Counted from the first letter of the stretch, positions 1 to 7,729 are shown. The stretch is DNA of 13,936 nucleotides from Chthonomonadales bacterium (GCA_038217285.1 JBBQPO010000162.1:1-13936); one strand, 5' to 3'. The notes: generated from the sequence alone by a model not told the origin. Numbers and translations: made by a program.

Positions 1-800
1 ACCCAGCCCTGCGGGTCGATCTTTACCTTACAGGAGAGCCTGGAGGTGAAAGGGCCGTTGATCTCCGTCACACTGATGGTCTGCCCGTTCTCACGAATCA
101 CCGCAGAACCGGTGACGTTCAGCGCATCGGAGAGCGCAAGATTGAGATCGATGCCGACGCCAGTGTGGCTCTGGTCGAGGTGACCGGTCATAGTATTCGC
201 GCCTGCCGCAGTCCCGTAGATAATGTTGACATGCCCGTGGAACGGCACGTTACCTGCCGTGAGGTTGACGACACCGTCCGCCATCGCAGGGTAGGATTTA
301 TAGTCGGCGGTGAAGTTGCTGACCCCCTGCTTCACCAGTGTGATGGAGCCTGCGGACTGAGTTGCGGCCGGATCGGTAAAGAACTGTGCCACCATGGCAT
401 TGCCGGTGACCACGGGGTCCAGCGCATACAGCCCCAGCATGGTATTAAGCGTGATTCCTGCGGCGCGTCCTGACCGCGTCGCCGCCGAGCGGGGAGTAAG
501 CAGTACGGCAAGAGTGCGAGGCTGTGCAAAAGCGGCGGCGCGGGTGACCGCAGATTCCTTCGGCGCGGTGGCCTTCAGCATCGCCAGCGGAAAGTTCAGG
601 CTTCCGGCGAGCGACTGGTCGGCTGCGATCGCGGCGGCCCGGAAGGCCAGGTCTCCCTGGGGCGGAGGAGCGGAGATGCCGCCGCTGTTACCGCTGCCGT
701 TGCCGCCGCAGCCGCCCAGGAGAGCGGTGAGCAGACCGAACGCGCACATGCGCAACCGCGCCACCGTCCCCGGCGCGCGGCGCGGCGTTTGAATCTTCAT
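1..800 (-). CDS. Putative lipoprotein, 5' part only (runs off the window); tandem paralog of the 1143..3173 gene
   Basis: Not in the ORF track because there is no stop inside the window. Manual translation from ATG at 800 gives MKIQTPRRAPGTVARLRMCAFGLLTALLGGCGGNGSGNSGG...PPQGDLAFRAAAIAADQSLAGSLNFPLAMLKATAP...SRLSCKVKIDPQGW, open to the edge. Lipobox LGGC, upstream AAAAGGA RBS, and roughly 80-85% aa identity by eye to the neighbouring protein after the linker. Confidence 0.9.
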   Translation of the reverse strand, partial: MKIQTPRRAPGTVARLRMCAFGLLTALLGGCGGNGSGNSGGISAPPPQGDLAFRAAAIAADQSLAGSLNFPLAMLKATAPKESAVTRAAAFAQPRTLAVLLTPRSAATRSGRAAGITLNTMLGLYALDPVVTGNAMVAQFFTDPAATQSAGSITLVKQGVSNFTADYKSYPAMADGVVNLTAGNVPFHGHVNIIYGTAAGANTMTGHLDQSHTGVGIDLNLALSDALNVTGSAVIRENGQTISVTEINGPFTSRLSCKVKIDPQGW

Positions 801-1052
801 CCCATTTATCCTTTTCTGTAGCGAAGGCGCGGGTGCTAACAGACAAAATCAGGTGAACGTCGCACCTATCGCGATGGAATGAATTCCTTCGCTAGACCGC
901 GTATAAGGAAGCCCTACGGGCATCCCAAATCCTTCGCTTCCGCGCAAAGGATTTCTCTGATTGTCCGCCTTTGCGGACACCTGTCCGGCTTGTACACTCT
1001 CTATAGAAGGGCTTTTCCATCTCGACCGAGCGCCATTTGGGATCGGCTCTTA

Positions 1053-1142
1053 GGCAACTCCCAAGAATTACTGCTCCACATTCGGACCCCTTCTGACTTC
1101 AACCGAGGCGGAATTGTGGAGCGATAATAGTTTGGCGGTTCC
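1053..1142. repeat. 90-bp palindromic MITE/REP-like element, copy A
   Basis: GG...CC ends, flanked by TTA at 1050-1052 and 1143-1145 (the latter is the gene's TAA stop). Core stem GCTCCACA(1073-1080)/TGTGGAGC(1115-1122). Ungapped match of 59/90 to 13210..13299. Confidence 0.75.
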
Positions 1143-3173
1143 TTAGCGCGGAACGAGAACGAAATACTGACTGGCGCCTCCAGGGTACCCGTTCGCGACC
1201 GCGACCACGCCGGAATCGTTGATAAGAAGCGCCAGCGCGAACGTATTCGTGGTTCCCGGCGGCAGCAGCGTGTTTACGTTCAGCGCCTTCCCATCCTGAT
1301 ATAACACTGGCATGAACCCGCTGTTGCTGACGTCCCCGACGACCGCGCCGTTGCTGTTTATCGAGAACAGATCCCGTCGATCCACGTTGGCGTCGCTCGG
1401 CAGAAGCTGTGGCACGGCAGCGGAGTTGGCCCAGATCACGCGTCGCCGCTGATAGCTGCCTTCAGAGTAGCCGGCTATCATCCCGTTCGCACTCATCGCT
1501 TCTCCGAACGCAAAGTTGTCGCCCGGCAGTGACTTGAGTTGTAACGGACCCTGTATCGGATCAGATGCGGATGCGGGCGCTTTGAAAACCGAAGAGCCAG
1601 CCTGCGAACCGATCCCGAAGAGGACAAGCATCGTTCCGTCATCGGCAATGAAGAAGGAAGAAGACGGATCGTAAATGCCAAAAACACCGCCCGCATGGTC
1701 GTTGGCAAACGAGAAGGGAAGCGGACGCGGCGCCGACGTAGCATCGGCCCAGTAGATCGGAGTGATGGTATAGAGGTTGTTGACCAGCGTTGCGGACATA
1801 CCGAAAATCTGGCCATGGGAGTTGATCGCCCAGGCCCGTGTCTGGGCGCCCGCCGTAAGGGGCTGGAGCACGACCGGTTGAGCGGTCGGCGACGACCAGA
1901 AAAGTGGTGTGCCCCCCGTCGTATCGGTATTGATGGCGGGGCTAAATCCGATGATCTGCCCGGAGGCGTTGATACCGGTCAGGGCAACCGTGGCGCCTGC
2001 AGGCGCAGGCAGGGGCTGTGGGGTAGCGGTCGGGCTCGAATAGAACCCCTTGTCTCCTACCATCTGCACGACGGCGTTGATCCCTGTGATCTTGCCTTCG
2101 ATGGCTATCGGCGCCTTATAGTAGCCCGGGTATCCGTTGCCGGTGCCGCCACCCGGATTGCTGCCGATGCTGCCGGTCAGCACGGCGCGCAGCGGGTCGT
2201 GGATCACCTCGGTCTGACCATTGGCATAGGCCACAGTGAGATTACCGGTCGCATCGGTCTGTGCGGTGTCCGTTCCGGCCCCAGGGTTGACTGTCATATT
2301 GAACGTTCCGTCCGACAGCGAGAAGTTCCCGGTACCCACCCAGCCCTGCGGGTCGATCTTTACCTTACAGGAGAGCCTGGAGGTGAAAGGGCCGTTGATC
2401 TCCGTCACACTGATGGTCTGCCCGTTCTCACGAATCACGGCGGAGCCGGAGACATTCAGCGCATCGGAGAGAGCGAGATTGAGATCGATGCCGGTGCCTG
2501 TTCGGGGCAGGTCGAGGTGACCGGTCATGGTATTTGCGCCGTTCGCAGGGGCGCCTACTGGAGTCGTTTGGGCGTAGACAATAGAGACGTTTCCACGACA
2601 CGGCACGTTACCCGCTGTGAGGTTGACGACGCCGTCTGCAGTCGCCGGGTACACCCTGTAGTCGTCGGTGAAATTGCTGACCCCTTGCTTCACGAGGGTG
2701 ATGGAGCCTGCGGACTGCGTTGCGGCCGGATCGGTAAAGAACTGCGTCACGATGGCGTTCCCGGTGACCACGGGGTCCAGCGCATAGAGGTTGAGAAGGG
2801 TATTGAGCGTGAGACCGCCGGCACGCGTTCCTCCTGCCCGCGTCGCCGCCGAGCGGGGAGTAAGCTGCGCGGCAAGCGTGCCCGGACGGGCGAACGCGGC
2901 AGCGCGGGTGACCGCAGATCCCCTCGGCGCGGTGGCCTTCAGCATCGCCAGCGGAAAGCTCAGTCCACCGGCCAGAGTCTGGTCCGTTGCGATCGCAGCG
3001 GCACGGAAGGCCAGATTTCCCTGGGGGGGAGACGTGGAACCGCCGCCGCCACTGCCATTTCCGCCGCTGCCGCCCCCGCAGCCGACCAAGAGAGCGACCA
3101 GCAATCCGAATGCGCAAGCGCACAACCGCGTCATCGTCCTCAGCGTTCGTGGCCGGGCATTACTGTTCATCAT
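1143..3173 (-). CDS. Putative lipoprotein (~676 aa) with beta-rich N-terminal domain and C-terminal HAF-like extracellular repeats (probable beta-propeller)
   Basis: The ORF track starts at 3281, but ATG at 3173/3170 follows AAAAGGA and matches the paralog's start region. Lipobox LLVGC followed by a Gly/Ser linker. Seven repeats: GINAVVQMVG, GINASGQIIG, AINSHGQIFG, IADDGTMLV, AMSANGMIAG, SINSNGAVVG, LINDSGVVAV. Confidence 0.85.
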   Translation of the reverse strand: MMNSNARPRTLRTMTRLCACAFGLLVALLVGCGGGSGGNGSGGGGSTSPPQGNLAFRAAAIATDQTLAGGLSFPLAMLKATAPRGSAVTRAAAFARPGTLAAQLTPRSAATRAGGTRAGGLTLNTLLNLYALDPVVTGNAIVTQFFTDPAATQSAGSITLVKQGVSNFTDDYRVYPATADGVVNLTAGNVPCRGNVSIVYAQTTPVGAPANGANTMTGHLDLPRTGTGIDLNLALSDALNVSGSAVIRENGQTISVTEINGPFTSRLSCKVKIDPQGWVGTGNFSLSDGTFNMTVNPGAGTDTAQTDATGNLTVAYANGQTEVIHDPLRAVLTGSIGSNPGGGTGNGYPGYYKAPIAIEGKITGINAVVQMVGDKGFYSSPTATPQPLPAPAGATVALTGINASGQIIGFSPAINTDTTGGTPLFWSSPTAQPVVLQPLTAGAQTRAWAINSHGQIFGMSATLVNNLYTITPIYWADATSAPRPLPFSFANDHAGGVFGIYDPSSSFFIADDGTMLVLFGIGSQAGSSVFKAPASASDPIQGPLQLKSLPGDNFAFGEAMSANGMIAGYSEGSYQRRRVIWANSAAVPQLLPSDANVDRRDLFSINSNGAVVGDVSNSGFMPVLYQDGKALNVNTLLPPGTTNTFALALLINDSGVVAVANGYPGGASQYFVLVPR

Positions 3174-3325
3174 CTTTTTTCCTTTTACCGGACGACAGGG
3201 AGGAAGCCGCAGATCTCCTCTCGTGCTCACGCTACGAAACAGGCAAGCAATACAACGAAGTCTAAGCCGTTCTGCCGCCATGTTCGGCGTACGCCCTCTA
3301 AATCCCTGCCCAAACGATCTCGCTT

Positions 3326-3799
3326 TCAGAGGATGGCGGTGATATAGGCCACGCTGCGCGCATCAAGCGTTCCGACATCAGGGATCTCGAAGCGGTTTCC
3401 ATCGACGTCAAGCAGGAGAAGATGCGTTTCGGAAAACCACTGCGCGTTCTCCTGCAGGCTCTGGGTCACGAAGTCCCGTTGTCCGCGATCCGTTTCAACA
3501 GTCCAGTACGTCGCCCCATACTCCTGGCGGGCATGCAGAATCGACTGCACTGTCGCGGTCAGATAGCGCTGTCGCAACTCCCGTTCGACCGCTCTCCACG
3601 AGGCGGTCGGCAGATCCTGCGGATTTTGCACGACCGTTATCTCCTCGCCCTTGCCGTTCATAAGCGCCAGATAGGCGTTCGGATGGGACAGTGGCGCGGC
3701 CCAGACCGGCTTCACGCTCACATAGGAGCGCTCGTCCCCCACGGTGAGCCGCAGTCGCTCTTTCGGCTCATAGAACAGGTTCAACTCTTCCGGCTTCAT
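3326..3799 (-). CDS. DUF1854-family protein
   Basis: 157 aa, RBS AAGGAGA. Motifs VKPVWAAPLSHP, ELRQRYL, YWTVETDRG, LLLLDVDGNRFEIPD..LD..S are characteristic of DUF1854 proteins, which commonly follow this ABC transporter type. Confidence 0.85.
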   Translation of the reverse strand: MKPEELNLFYEPKERLRLTVGDERSYVSVKPVWAAPLSHPNAYLALMNGKGEEITVVQNPQDLPTASWRAVERELRQRYLTATVQSILHARQEYGATYWTVETDRGQRDFVTQSLQENAQWFSETHLLLLDVDGNRFEIPDVGTLDARSVAYITAIL

Positions 3800-4914
3800 A
3801 ATCTCTCCTTTCGTATTCCTCTGCGTCTCCGTGTTTCTAGCGCAGCGGGTGGTACATTCCTCGGGACGTGAGAGAGTAACGGTCTGCCCTGACGAACCCT
3901 CAGGATCTGCGACACCGGTTTCCAGAAGATGCCGCTCAGCAGGAAGACAACCGGCAGAGGAGCCAGGATACAGAGCGTCAGCTTCACGTTGATGGACAGC
4001 ATGAAGACGGACAGACCGATGATGAGCAGGACATTGGTGACGAGATAAGGCAGACCGTCTACTAGAAAGCCCCAGACGCGGTCGGTGTCCTGGGTGACGC
4101 GGCTGGTAATCGCGCCGACCTGCTTCTTGTCGAAGTAGCTCAACTGCAGGAACTCGATGGCGCGGTAGAGGCTGCTGCGCAGGTCGGCGGCGATGCTACC
4201 GGCCAGGAACGCGATCAGTCGCCCGTTCATGATCTGCAAGGCGGAGTTGATCGCCAGCGTCGCGAGCCAGATCCCCATCAGGCTCCAGAGCAGACCGATA
4301 TTGCGGTGCGGCGTCAGCACACCGTCGATGAGCGCACCCTGAATGGCAGGCGGGGCCAGGCTCAAGCCGGTCATCACCAGGGAGAGTATGGTGAGCGTGA
4401 TCGCCTGCTTACGATAGGGTTTCAGATAACCGGCGATGCGCCCCATGGTCTTCGTGCGGTTGACGCAGGCCGGGCAGATGCCGTCCTTCTCCGGCAGCAG
4501 ACGGTTGCATTTCGCGCAGCGGGTGCGCTCCTTTTTGAGATCGATGCTGAGCGGTTCGCCCTTGGAGAGTTGTTCGATACCCCGCGCGGCCTCGGAGAAC
4601 TTCGCAGAAACCGTGCTCGAATAGGTGATGATCGGAAAGAAATCTCCGTTTTTGGCCGTGATCTCCAGTCGTCCACCGCCCACGAGCGGCTCATTCCGGG
4701 CCTCTTTAATTTCGGATACCGGAATCTGGAAGGCGACCACCCCATTCGTCTCGCGCACCCGCACCGTCTCGGCGGTGACTTCGAGAGTACGCATCCCAAA
4801 GGCGCTCCCTTCGGAGTAGTCGCCTTCGAGTTGAATCAGCAGTTCTGGCTGCAGAAGAGCCGGGAGCGACCTGTCCAGTTCCCCATCCTGGGGAGTAGAC
4901 TCCGTAACAGACAT
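3796..4914 (-). pseudogene. ABC exporter (TMD-NBD fusion type, DUF1854-associated), truncated: N-terminal extension, CxxC-CxxC ribbon and partial membrane domain, no ATPase domain
   Basis: ATG at 4914 with AAGGAGG RBS. CAKC...CPAC motif; ABC_membrane signature DLRSSLYRAIEFLQLSYFDKKQVGAITSRVTQDT. Family-like sequence stops at FWKPVSQI (~3903). No Walker A/B or LSGGQ motif; the tail uses atypical codons (AGG, AGA, TTA, CTA, ATA). Confidence 0.75.
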
Positions 4915-5002
4915 GATGCAACCTCCTTGCGGACAAACGATTCCAAAGAGCGGAGGCTCTGTGAACAACAAACATTGAGTCGGGAAGGGAGTGGCAGGCA
5001 AC

Positions 5003-5112
5003 AAAAAGGCCCCAGGCTCCGCTTCGCAAAGTGCGTCGCGCCTGTGGCTTTCGGCGGGGTTTAGAAGTTGGAAAATGCGGCTAGATGCAGGTTCCTCCGA
5101 AAGTCAGGCGAC
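5003..5112 (-). promoter_or_regulatory. Transcription attenuator: overlapping antiterminator and intrinsic terminator
   Basis: Minus strand. Antiterminator: GTCGCCTGACTTTCGG (5112-5097) pairs with CCGAAAGCCACAGGCGCGAC (5054-5035). Terminator: GCCACAGGC (5048-5040) pairs with GCCTGGGGC (5017-5009), followed by CTTTTTGTT. The two helices share 5040-5048. Confidence 0.7.
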
Positions 5113-5212
5113 AGAATCGTGGCATACCGATGCCTGCCGGGCAGCAAGGCGCAATCCTGCCCGGCATAGGACACAGGTGGGATACGGTGAGAATTCTTAT
5201 CATCGTGTGCAT
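5081..5212 (-). CDS. Putative 43-aa leader peptide MHTMIRILTVSHLCPMPGRIAPCCPAGIGMPRFCRLTFGGTCI
   Basis: First ATG downstream of the predicted promoter. Its last codons (CRLTFG) overlap the 5' arm of the antiterminator. RBS is not obvious; alternative ATG at 5203. Confidence 0.5.
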   Translation of the reverse strand: MHTMIRILTVSHLCPMPGRIAPCCPAGIGMPRFCRLTFGGTCI

Positions 5213-5271
5213 TGCCAGGTCGCGACCTTGTCGCTCCCTGCCCCTTTCGGTAGAATGGTCGTTACGCGCAT

Positions 5272-5301
5272 AGCATAACCCACCCAACGGTGAGTTGTCA
5301 A
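5272..5301 (-). promoter_or_regulatory. Sigma70-type promoter for the leader-ABC-DUF1854 unit
   Basis: TTGACA (5301-5296), 18-bp spacer, TATGCT (5277-5272). Confidence 0.7.
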
Positions 5302-5521
5302 CCTGCCTGGCGCTTCCGTCCGTTAAATTTGTGTTAAGGGCAGCCCGAAGCGGTACCCGCGCAGATATAAGGGCTGCATAAGCGAAATCTACGTAGTTGC
5401 CCTTATAGACTCCTACGCCTGCAGAAGGTAATCTATAGACACTGGTGTGCGGTGTGCGATGCGAACACGGACATGGCTCAAGACGAAGCCAGCCGAAACG
5501 ATAAATAGATGGTGCTCCAAC

Positions 5522-5563
5522 AAACTCCCTGAGACGGCCCGCGTGGTCCCTCTCAGGGAGTTT
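5522..5563 (-). terminator. Intrinsic terminator downstream of transketolase
   Basis: Perfect 13-bp inverted repeat AAACTCCCTGAGA (5522-5534)/TCTCAGGGAGTTT (5551-5563), about 20 nt after the TAG stop. Confidence 0.75.
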
Positions 5564-5582
5564 TAGGTTGTTGGCGCAGCGA

Positions 5583-7433
5583 CTACTTCTTGACGGCTGC
5601 CCGAACGGCGTCTACGATGTGTGGGGCGCTGATTCCGGCGGCATCCAGCATGTCCGCAGGCTTGCCGGAGGTTGGCATCGCCTTCACGGCAAGGCGTATG
5701 ATGTTGGGATGAACGCCGTCCGCACCCCCGAAGACTTCCAGAACCGCGTCCCCCAGTCCGCCCTGGGGCCAGTGGTCCTCGACGACGAACAGTTTGCCGC
5801 CCGCTTCCACCGCCGCCGTTTTCAGGGTCGCTGCGTCGATTGGCTTCACCGAGTAGAGGTCGATGACGCGCACATGGATCCCCTCCGCCGCCAGCGTCTC
5901 ATAAGCCTTCAGTGACTCATGCAGCGTGATACCCGCCGCCACCAGAGTTGCGACATCGTTGGCAGACCTCTTGAGGACTTTACTGCCGCCGATAGGGAAG
6001 CTCTCCTCAGGTCCGTAGAGGACCGGCAGCTTCTCACGGGTGGTGCGCATATAGTTGATGCCCTTGCGGGTCGCCATCTGCGCCACAAGGTGGCCGGTGG
6101 TAGTGGCACACGACGGGTAGAGCACGGAGCTGCCATGCACGGCCCGCACCATGGAGAGGTCTTCCAGCGCCATCTGCGAAGCGCCGTCCTCGCCGATCGA
6201 GACGCCTGCGTGCGAACCGCAGAGATTGATGTTGGCCTGCGAGATCGCCGCCATACGGATCTGGTCGAAGGCGCGCGCAAAAAAGGCCGCGAAAGTGGAG
6301 CAGAACGGCGTCTTTTGCAGCGCCTGCAGACCGACGGCCGCGCTGACGAGCTGCTGCTCGGCAATATAGACTTCGATGAACCGCTCCGGAAACACCTTTT
6401 TGAACTTGTCGGCGAAGGTCGAGTTGCTCACCTCGCCGTCCAGCACGATGACATTGGGTCGCGCCTTGCCCAGCGCGACGAGGGCGTCGCCGTAGGCTTC
6501 TCGGGTCGCCACTTTCGCGCCGAGTTCATAGGCGGGCGGCACAAACGCGCCGCTCTCGCCAAGGATGGCCGGGGTTCCTTCGCGAGGCGGCTGCGGGCTT
6601 ATCCGGATATCGCCCTTCGGATTGCCGAGTTCCGCAAGCGCCTTCTCTGCATCGGCGGGCGGCAGCGCCTTGCCGTGCCAGCCGTCATGGTCGGCCAGGA
6701 ACGAGACCCCTGCCCCCTTCTTCGTCTTCGCGATGATGCAGACCGGCTTGTCCGAGGTCAGCGCTTCGGCGTAAGCGGCGTTGACCGCCTCGACATCCTG
6801 TCCATCGATCTGGATCGCATGCCAGCCGAAGGCGCGGGCGCGGGCCGCGTAGGCTTCTCCGTGCCACTCCAGCATGGTCGGGCCGCGCTGACCGAGGCGG
6901 TTCATGTCGATGATGGCGATCAGGTTGTTCAGATTGTAGTGGCCGCCGAGCTCGAAGGCTTCGTAGACGCTGCCTTCGGCCATTTCGCTGTCGCCGAGCA
7001 GGACCCACACTTTGAACGGCAGTTTGTCGAAGTATTTGCCGCTGTAGGCCATACCGACGCCGGTCGGCAGTCCCTGGCCCAGCGAGCCGGTCGCGACATC
7101 GACCCACGGCAGAATCGGGGTCGGATGGCCTTCGATACGGCTGCCATACTGACGCAGCGTGAGCATCTCGGCATCAGTGATCGCGCCGGCGGCTTTGTAG
7201 ACCGCATAGAGCAGCGGGGCGGCATGGCCCTTCGAGAAGATGAGGCGGTCGTTGCGGAGATTGTGCGGATCGTTAAAATCGTAGCGCAGGTATTCCGCCA
7301 GCAGGACGGACAACAGGTCGGCGGCGGACATACTGGACGTTGGGTGACCCGAACCGGCGGCTGTGGTCGAGCGGATACTGTCGGCGCGGAGCTGCGTGGC
7401 GAGGTCTTTCCAGACCTGGGGCGAATGGACCAT
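5583..7433 (-). CDS. tkt: Transketolase (single-chain, ~616 aa)
   Basis: SGHPTSSMSAAD, SKGHAAPLLY, EGHP, ATGSLGQG, TPP-binding GDSE...N motif, IAEQQLV, HAGVSIGEDGASQMALED, VEDH. RBS GAGGAG. Confidence 0.95.
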   Translation of the reverse strand: MVHSPQVWKDLATQLRADSIRSTTAAGSGHPTSSMSAADLLSVLLAEYLRYDFNDPHNLRNDRLIFSKGHAAPLLYAVYKAAGAITDAEMLTLRQYGSRIEGHPTPILPWVDVATGSLGQGLPTGVGMAYSGKYFDKLPFKVWVLLGDSEMAEGSVYEAFELGGHYNLNNLIAIIDMNRLGQRGPTMLEWHGEAYAARARAFGWHAIQIDGQDVEAVNAAYAEALTSDKPVCIIAKTKKGAGVSFLADHDGWHGKALPPADAEKALAELGNPKGDIRISPQPPREGTPAILGESGAFVPPAYELGAKVATREAYGDALVALGKARPNVIVLDGEVSNSTFADKFKKVFPERFIEVYIAEQQLVSAAVGLQALQKTPFCSTFAAFFARAFDQIRMAAISQANINLCGSHAGVSIGEDGASQMALEDLSMVRAVHGSSVLYPSCATTTGHLVAQMATRKGINYMRTTREKLPVLYGPEESFPIGGSKVLKRSANDVATLVAAGITLHESLKAYETLAAEGIHVRVIDLYSVKPIDAATLKTAAVEAGGKLFVVEDHWPQGGLGDAVLEVFGGADGVHPNIIRLAVKAMPTSGKPADMLDAAGISAPHIVDAVRAAVKK

Positions 7434-7560
7434 GATGCGAAATCTCCTCTATTCTACCCGCCGGAATCGACGGTGTCTTCTCGGCGCTTAGTGTCCGCAG
7501 GCGGGAACATGTATTTCCCGGCATCGCAGCGCGCATGGACTGCCCACCGGACACCTGCGC

Positions 7561-7589
7561 ATTGTAGCAGAAACCCGCCCCAATTTCAA
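7561..7589 (-). promoter_or_regulatory. Sigma70-type promoter of tkt (extended -10)
   Basis: TTGAAA (7589-7584), 17-bp spacer ending TGC, TACAAT (7566-7561). Confidence 0.75.
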
Positions 7590-7677
7590 CCCACCGTCGC
7601 CCGGTTTGACACCGCCCGGTAACTCACGCCATGAAACTCCAACGAAACATGGAGCAAACCCACTACCTGAAATGAGA

Positions 7678-7729
7678 TGCAGGGGCTCTGCATCCCCATC
7701 GCTCAAGCGAGGGGCATTTCACCCCTGCA
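7678..7729. repeat. GC-rich nested palindrome (REP-like or terminator-like) just downstream of the GH76 gene
   Basis: TGCAGGGG (7678-7685)/CCCCTGCA (7722-7729) enclosing CCCC-A-TCGC-TCAA-GCGA-GGGG. Confidence 0.5.

Noticed and set aside
879-1127. 82-aa + strand ORF between the lipoprotein paralogs
   Set aside because: Overlaps the hairpin cluster and the 90-bp element; atypical codon usage and no recognisable features.
1695-3347. 550-aa + strand ORF (also 394..792, 2791..3342, 4306..5064)
   Set aside because: Antisense shadows of real minus-strand genes in high-GC DNA; Arg/Gly-rich with no recognisable motifs.
7434-7560. TPP riboswitch upstream of tkt
   Set aside because: Lacks the conserved CUGAGA and CCUGAU...UAA motifs.
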